A stretch of 64,000 nt of DNA, from the NCBI GenBank assembly GCA_047611805.1, contig JBLFWX010000017.1, positions 3,703 through 67,702 on the forward strand, in the 5' to 3' direction. Position numbers and translations under genes: made by a program. Source of the DNA: Gammaproteobacteria bacterium (GTDB taxonomy: Bacteria > Pseudomonadota > Gammaproteobacteria > Ga0077536). Positions 9,814 to 19,393 of this stretch are shown here, one piece after another. The notes beneath the pieces are model-generated. The model was not told the DNA's origin, searched no databases, and saw only the letters and a program-made list of their open reading frames with translations. Position 1 is the first letter of the stretch; every line of letters begins with the position of its first letter.

Positions 9814-10548
9814 ATGACTTACGCGGTTCTTGCGACCAACCCACAACGTCAGGAATTAGGTATCGCGCTGTGCACCATCACGCTTAACGCGTCGCGAATT
9901 ACACCTCTGCATCACGGTTTGCTCCCGGAATGGAACGACAATGGATTGATCGTTACCGCACAAGCCACAGCGAACCCAATGAATGCCTACAGAATGTTCG
10001 AGTTGTGGGATAAAGGTTGGACGTTTGACGCGATTGAAGACGAACTCGCAAAAAGTGATGAATTCTTCTCGTGGCGCCAGATTGGCGCGGTGAGCGCCGG
10101 TGGCGAGATCTATGGTTACACGGGTGACGATGCATTCGATCATAAAAGCCATATTATCGGTGACGGATCGATTGCGATCGGAAATTTCTGCGATGGACCA
10201 AGCCCGGTTGCTGCAATGGCCGAGGTCCTTGACGATTGTCGGGACGAACCGATGGCAGAGCGATTACTCAATGCTCTGGAAGCCGGTCGTGATGCGGGCG
10301 GGCAATTCGATCCACAGCGCGGCCACGTACCTGAAGTATTCGCGACGCTACTCGTTTTTGACGGTAAACAACCTTGGCCCGCAGTCGATTTAAGAGTCGA
10401 GTTCGATATGCACGCGGTGGCTAAACTGCGTCGTCTATACGAACAAGCACGCCGGCTTGATCCGATGCTGGCTGCCATGTACCGGGATCCGAAAAGCACG
10501 TTTGATGAGTATCATGTGGTCTACGATATCGTCGATTCGCAAGTCTAA
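9814..10548 (+). CDS. DUF1028 family (Ntn-hydrolase-like) protein
   Basis: 244 aa. MTYAVLATNPQRQELGIALCT..., RQIGAVSAGGEIYGYTG... and LLNALEAGRDAGGQFD follow the DUF1028 pattern as I recall it. Confidence 0.65.
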   Translation: MTYAVLATNPQRQELGIALCTITLNASRITPLHHGLLPEWNDNGLIVTAQATANPMNAYRMFELWDKGWTFDAIEDELAKSDEFFSWRQIGAVSAGGEIYGYTGDDAFDHKSHIIGDGSIAIGNFCDGPSPVAAMAEVLDDCRDEPMAERLLNALEAGRDAGGQFDPQRGHVPEVFATLLVFDGKQPWPAVDLRVEFDMHAVAKLRRLYEQARRLDPMLAAMYRDPKSTFDEYHVVYDIVDSQV

Positions 10549-10863
10549 TTTGCCCCTCGCATCGCGTTTTTAGATGCGCCCTGCGTTGGACCGCAAATGT
10601 ATCGCCTAAGTGCGTGCGATTATCAAAACGCAACGTCGAGCAAAACCGATGAGTCCGGCGGCAAATTATTGTCGTAGCGATGACTCGGCGAATCACTTCT
10701 CAGCACCAGCAAAACTTCGCGACTCGGAGCATTGCTATAGTGCGAAACTCTAGTTCCGCGGGTTTTTGAGTTGATCGCTGGCTGGAATTTTCAATCGTCG
10801 AAAATTCTTTTCCCAATTCCGATCGCCGGTGGTGAATGTCGCAAAGATTGAAGGTATCATCGA

Positions 10864-11985
10864 TTGAATTGCGCTTATAAGAATCTATCCGTGTATACAG
10901 AATTCTATAATCTCAACGCTAAGCCTTTCAGCTTATTGCCAGATCCAGCGTTCCACTTCATGAGCGGTAAACATGCGGCGGCCCTGTCCAAGATCGAGTC
11001 TGCTGTGAAAAGCGATTTGGCGCTGTCGGTTGTGGTCGGTGAGGTGGGGACGGGTAAGACGACGCTTAATCGTCGGTTGCTCAGCCGACTCGGGAACTCG
11101 ATTACTGTCGGCTTAATCACGACCACGCACTGCGAGTTCGGCAATCTCATGCAGTCCGTGGCACTCGCTTTCGGGATCCCATTTAAGGATAAGAACAAGG
11201 TTGAACTCTACAGAGATTTTTCCGAGTTTCTAATTAAAGAGTACGCTGCTGGTCGACGGACACTGCTGATTATCGACGAAGCGCAGAATCTTGATGGCGT
11301 TACGCTTGAAGAAGTTCGCCTGCTAACAAACATCAACGCCGATGATCATACCTTGCTGCAATTGCTGGTTATTGGTCAACCCGAACTGCATCGGCTGCTA
11401 AAAAGTCCTGGACTTCGCCAATTCGCGCAGCGAATAAATGTGCTGGCAAACTTGGAACCGCTAGGCGAGAAAGAAACAGCCCGCTACGTCCGACATAGAC
11501 TAACGATCGCGGGTGGTGATCCTAAACTATTTCACAAAAACGCGCTTCGTTTGATCCACTGGAATAGTGCGGGAATACCGCGGGTTATTAATACGCTGTG
11601 CGAACTCGCGCTCGTCTCTGGCCATGCTGGGGCCAAGCGGAGAATAGATGCGGCCTTAATTGCCAACGTTGCTCGCGAACGAAGTGGAACCGGGCTCTAC
11701 GGAAAATTGCTTTACGACTTGGACGTACTAAAGGCGACGGAACACGCGGAAGCTCGAGAGAGCGAAGCGCGTAAAATTTTGCGCATTCGCGAAGCGGGCT
11801 CGAAAGTTATCGAACCAGTCAGCGCGCGCGCGTCTGATTCACCTAGTCGCAAGAACAGACTCGACGTGATTGAAGACCCGATTCCGATGAATATCACCGT
11901 CAGGACGATTCGCGGCGGACGAGGCCAAATTTCATCGTCGGATGAAGCTGATCGTATGGTTGGTTTTGGCGCGAATAGTCAGTGA
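10864..11985 (+). CDS. ExeA/GspA-like AAA+ ATPase (COG3267 type) with a unique ~100-aa C-terminal tail
   Basis: FYNLNAKPFSLLPDPAFHFMSGKHAAAL, Walker A GEVGTGKTT, Walker B LLIIDEAQNL, then VIGQPEL and GIPRVINTLC. It stands alone with about 300-580 bp of non-coding flank on each side. The start codon is uncertain. Confidence 0.75.
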   Translation: MNCAYKNLSVYTEFYNLNAKPFSLLPDPAFHFMSGKHAAALSKIESAVKSDLALSVVVGEVGTGKTTLNRRLLSRLGNSITVGLITTTHCEFGNLMQSVALAFGIPFKDKNKVELYRDFSEFLIKEYAAGRRTLLIIDEAQNLDGVTLEEVRLLTNINADDHTLLQLLVIGQPELHRLLKSPGLRQFAQRINVLANLEPLGEKETARYVRHRLTIAGGDPKLFHKNALRLIHWNSAGIPRVINTLCELALVSGHAGAKRRIDAALIANVARERSGTGLYGKLLYDLDVLKATEHAEARESEARKILRIREAGSKVIEPVSARASDSPSRKNRLDVIEDPIPMNITVRTIRGGRGQISSSDEADRMVGFGANSQ

Positions 11986-12568
11986 GAAAGCGACTCAACG
12001 GCATCGCGGTCGGTGCCAGTAGCAGAAAATTCTCGGCGTATATTGTCGACTGTGTTTCTCACTATCCGATCGGGGTTCGTTCCCGTTATCCAGATCTAGA
12101 TCGAAGATCAGCGCTTGCTTAGCATTTAGGTGTCGGATCGCAGACGGTCGAATCGTGCGCGACGGACAGAGCGGAGAGCGAATCGGCACTAGATCGCGCA
12201 TCGAGGGGATCGATTGTCGCTAGATGATCGGCACGGCCAGCCGCGAAAGCGGCGCCTTTAAGTTCGATGGCACGTCTTAGTGTGCAGTGCCGAATTCGTA
12301 AGAACAACTTATTCAGCGCTGGCGCGGATTGTTACGAAGACAATTCCCAGGCCATCTAGGGTTTGCGGATGCGCCGTTGCCGTTAACTCGATGTCCAAAT
12401 ACTTTTCCAGTTCCATTCGGAGTCGCCGCTCCCGTAGAAGAAATCTAACCCCGATTGATGAACTTCGTCCGAATCTCGCATCGGCGCTAATCATCAAAAT
12501 GATGTTTTCGTCCAGTCACCGGGTGCGATCGTGCGATACTTTGTTTTGACTTATGCCTGAGAAAGCCG

Positions 12569-13882
12569 ATGTGGAATTTTGCAACTGATCCTGAATTTCA
12601 AGAAAAACTTGACTGGATGGAGACATTTATACGCAACGAGATAGAGCCCCTGGATTATCTTTTCCCCAAAGACGAGACCTACAACGTAAATAATGCGGCG
12701 CTGACGGCCATCTTGGCTCCATTGAAAGCGCAAGTTCGGGACGCTGGATTGTGGGCGTGTCATCTCCCACCTGCTTTGGGCGGCGGCGGATGGGGGCAAT
12801 TGAAACTCGCGTTAATGAATGAACTACTTGGCCGATCATTTTTCGCCCCGACAATATTCGGAACGGCCGCGCCGGATACAGGCAACGCTGAAATTCTCGC
12901 GCATTTCGGCACGGACGCTCAGAAAGCGAAGTTTCTCCGGCCGTTACTCGATGGAGATATTGTCTCGTGCTTTTCAATGACCGAACCGCAAGGCGGAGCC
13001 GATCCCAAAATATTTACTTGTGCTGCTTCACGCCGCGGTGATCATTGGATACTGAGTGGTGAGAAGTGGTTTGCATCGAACGCACGTTGGGCCGATTTTC
13101 TGATCGTCATGGTGGTGACGGACCCGGATGTCACAATCTATCGCGGAGCGTCGATGTTCCTCATTCCAACTGCAACTCCTGGAGTCGAATTCGTCCGCAA
13201 CTCCGGAATGGCATTCGAAGAACCCGCACATGGCGCTCATGCGTATTTGCGTTTCAACGACGTCCAGTTAACCGATGCTGATTTACTCGGTAACGCTGGC
13301 GACGCATTCAAGATTGCGCAAACCAGGCTCGGTGGTGGCCGAGTCCATCATGCCATGCGCACCGTCGGATTGGCTAAGCGCGCGTTCGAGGCAGTGTGCG
13401 AACGGGTGCAAAGCCGCACCACCCAAGGAGATGTATTGGCGGCCAAACAAATGGTCCAGGCTGAAATCGCCGATCTGTGGATGGAGATAGAACAGTTCAG
13501 ACTTCTCGTTTTACAAACGGCGTGGAAGATTGATAAACATAACGATTACAAATTAGTGCGCCAAGACATCGCAGCATGCAAAGTTCTGAGCGAAAGAGTG
13601 ATGGTGAGTGCGGCTAGTAAGGCGATTCATTTGCACGGCGCGCTAGGTATTTCTAATGAAATGCTGTTCGGCGAATGGTTGCTCTGGGGGTATGCACTAG
13701 GTCTCGCCGACGGACCATCCGAAGTTCATCAAGTAACCGTCGCCAAAGAATCGTTGGGTACGGCCAAGGTAATAGACGAGCTATTTCCGAGCAGCCATGT
13801 GCCAAGCGGCGCACGACGCATGCAAGCGAAATACGCTAAAGAACTCGGGCTTCCGGGTCATCGTCGTGGTTGGGTAAGTTAG
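12569..13882 (+). CDS. acyl-CoA dehydrogenase family protein
   Basis: 437 aa. ACAD N-terminal, middle and C-terminal layout (...FSMTEPQGGADP..., ...IHLHGALGISNE...). Confidence 0.85.
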   Translation: MWNFATDPEFQEKLDWMETFIRNEIEPLDYLFPKDETYNVNNAALTAILAPLKAQVRDAGLWACHLPPALGGGGWGQLKLALMNELLGRSFFAPTIFGTAAPDTGNAEILAHFGTDAQKAKFLRPLLDGDIVSCFSMTEPQGGADPKIFTCAASRRGDHWILSGEKWFASNARWADFLIVMVVTDPDVTIYRGASMFLIPTATPGVEFVRNSGMAFEEPAHGAHAYLRFNDVQLTDADLLGNAGDAFKIAQTRLGGGRVHHAMRTVGLAKRAFEAVCERVQSRTTQGDVLAAKQMVQAEIADLWMEIEQFRLLVLQTAWKIDKHNDYKLVRQDIAACKVLSERVMVSAASKAIHLHGALGISNEMLFGEWLLWGYALGLADGPSEVHQVTVAKESLGTAKVIDELFPSSHVPSGARRMQAKYAKELGLPGHRRGWVS

Positions 13883-13929
13883 CTCGGGTCGAGCGTCACT
13901 ACGGGTGATTGGAATTCGAAGCGTTTTAA

Positions 13930-14406
13930 TTACTTTGTTTCGGCCACGGTGATCGCCCACCAGGGTCCGCCCGACCGACTAAGAATCGCCGACCAATACC
14001 ATCCTGATACATGAATCCATGAATTCCCGTCGTGATCGAAGTTCCGTTCGTACACTTGCAGTTCTTGGCGCTCTCTCTGCGCGCTGAAGCTCGACCATAA
14101 TTCGCCATTGCCGTCTGCGCGCACCGCACTCGGGGTGATTTTATAATCAAGCGCTCGGAAGCTGTCTGAGGCGCAGTGAAGTTTTCGCGTGGGGCGCTTC
14201 AACCAACGGATAATTAGTTCTTGGGAGCCATCGTTGAAGCGTGCGATCTTCCCCGGATAATCGGTCAAAAATTGTCGCTCGCGTGCACTCAAGGGCAATG
14301 CGGTGAACGGCTTACCTTCGAATGCGCGCGGCCATCCTGGAAACTCAAGATCTTTTGTTTGTGTGGTCTGCGAGGTTGGTGAATCCATCAGTGGCATCGT
14401 GGCCAA
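13930..14406 (-). CDS. exosortase-associated small protein (EpsI-like position); function unknown
   Basis: 158 aa, immediately downstream of the exosortase and overlapping its 3' end by 62 nt. It has no strong motif I can name. The assignment rests on position only. Confidence 0.4.
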   Translation of the reverse strand: MATMPLMDSPTSQTTQTKDLEFPGWPRAFEGKPFTALPLSARERQFLTDYPGKIARFNDGSQELIIRWLKRPTRKLHCASDSFRALDYKITPSAVRADGNGELWSSFSAQRERQELQVYERNFDHDGNSWIHVSGWYWSAILSRSGGPWWAITVAETK

Positions 14407-15109
14407 ACGCGGGGCCCGCGACGATATCCGTTTCCAAAAAGAACAGAGAACTCACACGTAGAATGTTCGCGGCGAGGATCGCGGCGGCGGTGATGACGAG
14501 CAGGCTAATGCTCGCGAGCCTGTTGAGATCGCAGACGCACATCGCGCTAAACGCGAGGTAGGCGCCGGCCCACAACATGTGAATGCCGCTACACGGCGCG
14601 TCGATCACGATTTGTCGTTCGCCCCACATGAGTAAGGTACCTTGTTGGGTGACCATGAAGCCCGTTAGATTGAGCAACGGCACCGCAAACCAACCAATTA
14701 GAACGCGCATGGGGTAGGCGAACGCGAATTGAAAAGAAGCAACGACCGGCAGCGCGAGCATGAACAAGCCCCAGATTCCGACATCGAAGCGACGAGCGCC
14801 GCGATAGGAGCTCGCGAGTATTGCGAGTACCGAAAACGCCAAGCCGGCACGTAGCAGGGGCGGAAGAAATTTGTACGTACAGACATAGACGACAAGTACG
14901 CAGACCGGCGCGATTAAGCAGCGCGCTGCCGTTCGATTTTGTACCGGCCTAAGCACGAGAACCAACAATGCGGTTGCGATCGACACGAGCTCCCAGACCT
15001 CTCCGCTACCGTCGTTCAAACGCTGCGCGTACCAGATCCATACCGGCCAGAAGGCAGCTGTCGCGACAAATAGAGGCCAGCAAATGGCGACACGCTGCAT
15101 GTTCAACAT
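14345..15109 (-). CDS. exosortase/archaeosortase-family transpeptidase
   Basis: Polytopic membrane protein with the family Cys motif VIDAPCSGIHMLWAGAYLA and ...AANILRVSSLFFLE. It follows directly after a PEP-CTERM-tailed gene. The start is probably ATG 15109 or 15100; the ORF-track start is 15184. Confidence 0.75.
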   Translation of the reverse strand: MLNMQRVAICWPLFVATAAFWPVWIWYAQRLNDGSGEVWELVSIATALLVLVLRPVQNRTAARCLIAPVCVLVVYVCTYKFLPPLLRAGLAFSVLAILASSYRGARRFDVGIWGLFMLALPVVASFQFAFAYPMRVLIGWFAVPLLNLTGFMVTQQGTLLMWGERQIVIDAPCSGIHMLWAGAYLAFSAMCVCDLNRLASISLLVITAAAILAANILRVSSLFFLETDIVAGPAFGHDATDGFTNLADHTNKRS

Positions 15110-17464
15110 CCAGTGAATCTGGTGCGGCGCGATTGCCGATAAAGTGATGTCAGGCAGATTGCGACGCCAATCATTAGCAACCAAGTCTCGGGTTCAGGAA
15201 CCGTCGGTACGGTCGCAACTGCGCCTGCCTGCAAGCCCGCTTCGTCATACTGTGCTTGCGTTTCCAGCACGATCGCACTCGTCGCTGGAGTGACTAGCTG
15301 ATAGTCCATGCCGAGTTGTTGTGCGCGGTCGTTGGAATCTTCGTCGCCGGTGTTCAAGAGCTGCATGACGGATTCGTACGCCCACAATCGATCTAGATGA
15401 AACGAAGTTTCCTGACCTGCTTGCGATGCTATGAATGGCCCCCGGCCCCGTAACCTTCGTTCGCTGGAGCGTATAGCGCGGTGCGGCTCCGGACTTTTTT
15501 TGAAACAAACGATCGATCGCCTGCTTGCTGTCACCGTAAGTAGGGAGTGCGCGAAAATTGAGATCACAAGCAAACACTTCCCGCAAACGGTTAGGCCCAC
15601 TGACTAGCTGTACTGCAATTATCGGAGTCCGTTTGCTCACCAAAGCGTCAAGAGAAGCCTGGCTAGTATTCACGCCAAACAGGAGATTTTGCGGCCCATG
15701 CAGCCAAAGCACGGCGCAGTTGGAATGTCGCTCCGCTATTTCTAACGCTGATCGCAGCGCGGCTGAGTTATCCATGCCGCCGACGAACGCAACGTCGGCA
15801 AGTAGTAAGGCAAGGTCGTCGGACCTCGATGTCTGGTGCCCATCAATAGCAAAGACTTCATCGCTTGCAATAATGATTGATAGCGCGATCGATGGTGGTG
15901 TTTGTCGCACCAGGTCAATAAGCCATTGTCGATGCGCGGCCATAGCTCGTGAGCCATCGATAACTAAGACAACGTGGTCGATCGCCGCCCGGGTTTGTTC
16001 TAACGTTTGTGTGATGTAGCTTGTCGGTCCCGCGCGACCGCTGCTAGTCCAAACACTCAAGCTATTCGGTTTACGCTTTATCTGAATACTCATCGGCGTC
16101 GCGTCAATCAGTGAACGGCTTAGATCGCCTGCGATAGCTGATGCATCGCTCTCCGGATCCGACGTTACTAGCCCCGGCGTTGGGCTATCTAATGGCCAGA
16201 GAGATTCGGCGTGTACGCTGTGCGCCGTGGACTCGGGGATCGCAAAATTACGCTCTAGGATCTCCGGTAGCTTGATCCACGCAGTTCCGAGATCGGCCAC
16301 ATCGAGCGGCGTTGTTATCCCGATCCGAAATTTCATTTCGCCTCCGCGCGCCGGAACCGGAAACAATTGTACGAGCACCGAATCTGGCCCATTGTGGGTG
16401 ACGAGAATGGGATCACGGCGTGCTCGTACGACTTTCTCATACGCCGAACGTACTTGTCCGCGAGCGCCGAATGCCGCCTCGCGCGGCTCTCCATCGACCC
16501 ACAAACTAACGCGACTGACGACCGCCCCTGGCGGTAATTGAAATTGAAAGCGTGCTTGTGCTAGCCGCTCGGAATCGTTCTGCACTGCTATAGTCCATTC
16601 GAGATAAGCTAGGAGCGTGTCCGGTTCGATCGCGACTTCGAGATCTGAGTCGCGTAAATAGAGATCCTCATTACGCTGCCCAACCACATCGCCACCTTGG
16701 TTTGGATCGAATCCCGTAAATACGAGACTTGCGGGACGTGGTTGAGCGTTGAACGTATCGCCAGTCACCTGGTAGTAAATTTCCCGCGCAGTGTTGCTCG
16801 AGATCGGGCGGTAGAGTGCGAGAGCGTTACTCAGAATATCTGCGCCGCGGCCGCTGCGGTCATAGCAGGCGCTAAGCATGATTGGTTCGCTACCAAAAGC
16901 GCGCAGCAGTTTTATACCGCGGATTTTTACGCTTACGTGAGTAGATCCCGCCATTTGTAGACCTAGTTGAGTGACGACTGACCGAACTTCTAGCATCACC
17001 AGGATTGCGAATCCTAGAATAATCGCAGGCCACGCCCTCCCGCCTGTCTGCGTGAGGGCAGGTTGAGCTAGTTTGAGTGCACGGCACGAACGTAAGCGCA
17101 CGACCAACGAACAGATCGGTGCCAGTGGCAGTAATCCGAGCAACACAACAATGCCGACGATGCCGATCGGCACAAGCGGCAGAAACAGGATGGAATAAAA
17201 CAGCGCGATACCGATTATGACTGCATTCACACGCAAAAGAGCCACATGATTCCCTCAATTTTTAGGCTTTAGACTCCACCAGATTGCGAGGTTTGATAAA
17301 GGAACCAGTGCGACCAAGGCTACATGGGCCAGTGTCGGGATGGGATCGAAGAATGTTAAAGCGCACTGCTTAGTGAGCAACTCGTAGATTAATGCCGCAC
17401 TCGGCTGGATAACGCCGCAGAGTAAGGTGAAGAATATTTTTAGAAAAGTTCTCATTGCCAGCAC
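15103..17464 (-). pseudogene. polytopic N-terminus + VIT + vWA + PEP-CTERM exosortase target, interrupted by one in-frame TGA and one frameshift
   Basis: Three ORF pieces: 17464-17255, 17245-15245 and 15600-15103. Pieces 1 and 2 share a frame and are separated by TGA at 17255-17257. Pieces 2 and 3 switch frame in the G/C run at 15437-15450. VIT motif LPPGAVVSRVSLWVDGEPREA...RDPILVTHNGPDSVLVQLFPVP; vWA motif VVLVIDGSRAM. Confidence 0.7.
15106..15201 (-). other. PEP-CTERM sorting signal encoded at the 3' end of the VIT-vWA gene
   Basis: The C-terminal peptide VPEPETWLLMIGVAICLTSLYRQSRRTRFTGC has the PEP motif, a TM helix and an Arg-rich tail. Confidence 0.8.
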
Positions 17465-17471
17465 CCGTCAA

Positions 17472-18311
17472 CTATTCAGATTCCAGTAGCGTGTAGGCGC
17501 GAGCGCGCGACATGTTCCAATCCCGCCAGTTGCCCTCGTTGATCCATCGCGGATGATGGGTCATCTGTTGGATAAAGGTCGCAGCACTAGGTTTCGTGTC
17601 GTTTGAGAAATGCGCTAGAAGAACAGGGACGGCATCGCTACTCAATGACAGGAGATAGCGTTCATCGATCCGACTTGTATTGGCTAGGTGGTCGATATTC
17701 GTCCGCGCAATGAAAGCATCGGGGTTGACGATAAATAATAAGCCGATGGCGATAAGCGCTGAGTAAATCACGCCTGATTAAAACTGATGCGGGGTATCGA
17801 ATAAGCTCGTCCGACAGAACAAAAAATAGATCAGGCCGAGCCAAATCATGAATGCGCTAGTGTAGAAACGCAGTTCCGTTAAGCCGTACGCTTGCGTGTA
17901 CAGCTGCATGCGATGCATTGCGGATGCGACAATCACAAGCACCATGCCAACAAGCCCAGCGGCGAGCAGCCTATAAACACGCAAACTTGTGGTGTTTGCG
18001 CTTCTTAACAACCATCGAGCGACTATCAACAGCGGGATAAGTAAGCAAGACAAAAATACGAGCTCGAAGAAACCACGTCTCGCGTAGGTCGCGTAGCTCA
18101 ACGATCCGGATTGTCTAACCAAGGCATCGTCACCGAAAAAAGAACTTAGCTGGATCATGATGTAGGCGAAGAACAAGACATTCAGCGAGGCAAGTACTAT
18201 CGATATCTCGATACCGCCGAGCGTCCAATGCCGGTGTGCGATCGCACGGTGTTGTTCGGTTTGCGGCGTTGCGCCGCAGGATTTCCGACGAACCGACGCC
18301 GCCACTCGCAT
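17472..18311 (-). pseudogene. DUF4153/DUF4173-like polytopic membrane protein; 5'-truncated and carrying an in-frame TAA
   Basis: ORFs 18311-17778 and 17771-17472 share a frame and are separated by TAA at 17778-17780. The C-terminal ...IDERYLLSLSSDAVPVLL... resembles DUF4153 as I recall it. The N-terminal half is missing, and the 5' end runs into the antisense of the kinase gene. Confidence 0.45.
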
Positions 18312-19345
18312 CTAATGAGCCGTGGTGCGAACATTAGAGTCTTCGTCGCCATGCCGATCGTCCACGAGCATCGCCTAATTGGTGCAGTGATGCTTTCTCG
18401 AACACCGCTTGATATAAGCAAAGCGCTATATGCGCAGCGTGGTTTGTTGCTGGGGAGCGCTGTCGGTTTGCTTGCACTCGTATTTGCTATGTCGCTCTTT
18501 ACGTCGATTACGATCCGGCGTCCGATCGCAGCACTTATCGAGCAAAGTCGGCGTGCAGTGCGCGGCGAACGTGGTGCGGTGATTCCATTATCCAAGCCAG
18601 TCACGGCAGATATTGCAGTCCTCTCGGCAGCGCTCGCGAAAATGGCAAATAGTTTGGAAGAGCGGGCAAATACGATCCAACGCAGCGGCACCACATCTCG
18701 CACGAATTCAAGACGCCCTTAACTTCCATACTTGGCAGCATCGAACTCATGCGCGATCACGGCGGTTCGATGAGTTCCGAGCAACGCTTACGATTTCTAA
18801 ACAACTTAGAAGAAGACTCGAAAAGGTTGGAACATTTGCTGCGCAGTTATCTTGACCTCGCCAAGGCGGAAGCGATTCTCGATCCGAGTGGCTCAAGCGA
18901 ACTCAACGCGTCGATTGAGTCGTGCATGCAGCGTTATCGTGCGCGCGGCTTGAGTGTCGAATTTAGCGGACCGACGACGTCGATCGGGCTCGCGATCAAC
19001 GACGAAGCCTGAGACACGGTGCTGTCGAATTTGCTTGACAATGCTGTGCAACACGCAGGTGTTGATTGCGCGGTTCGCATCACGGCAGAAATACTTCCTA
19101 CGGATGATCACGAACATGTTCGAATCACAGTTGCAGACAACGGTCCGGGAATTTCATCAGGCAACCGCGAACATACTTTTCAGCTATTTTTTACCACCGC
19201 GCGTGCAACCGGTGGAACAGGACTCGGGCTCGCGCTCGTGCAATCATTGCTGAAAGCCTATCGAGGCACTATCGAGTTAGTTTCATGTGAACAAGGGACG
19301 ACGTTCAGTATCGTTGTACCATTGGCTGATCTGAGCACGAACTGA
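18228..19345 (+). pseudogene. sensor histidine kinase (TM-HAMP-HisKA-HATPase); 5'-truncated, frameshifted and carrying an in-frame TGA
   Basis: The HAMP region is in frame 0 up to about 18685. The H-box HHISHEFKTPLTSILGSIELM is in frame 2 from 18686. TGA at 19010-19012 interrupts ...NDEA*DTVLSNLLDNAVQH (N-box). The G-boxes DNGPGI and GGTGLGLALV are present. Recognisable homology starts only at about 18315. Confidence 0.75.
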
Positions 19346-19393
19346 CTCGGCAAGTACCATCATTGAAACATCACTATTGGTGAGGGGAGTGCG

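Noticed and set aside
12000-12560. Several 60-90-codon ORFs on both strands in the 580-bp gap upstream of the acyl-CoA dehydrogenase, considered as a possible degraded regulator.
   Set aside because: No HTH or other motif was recognised. The frames are short and mutually overlapping, and nothing distinguishes them from chance ORFs.
14345-14406. The 62-nt overlap between the exosortase and the downstream 158-aa gene could be a further frameshift splitting an exosortase-EpsI fusion.
   Set aside because: Both frames are intact with plausible termini. Without homolog alignments I cannot tell a natural overlap from a split fusion.
17255-19012. The in-frame TGA codons at 17255 and 19010 could be selenocysteine or programmed read-through sites.
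   Set aside because: They sit at non-catalytic positions in a TM-linker and just before a kinase N-box. The same 4 kb also holds a TAA stop, frameshifts and truncations. No SECIS-like hairpin follows immediately. Decay is the simpler explanation.
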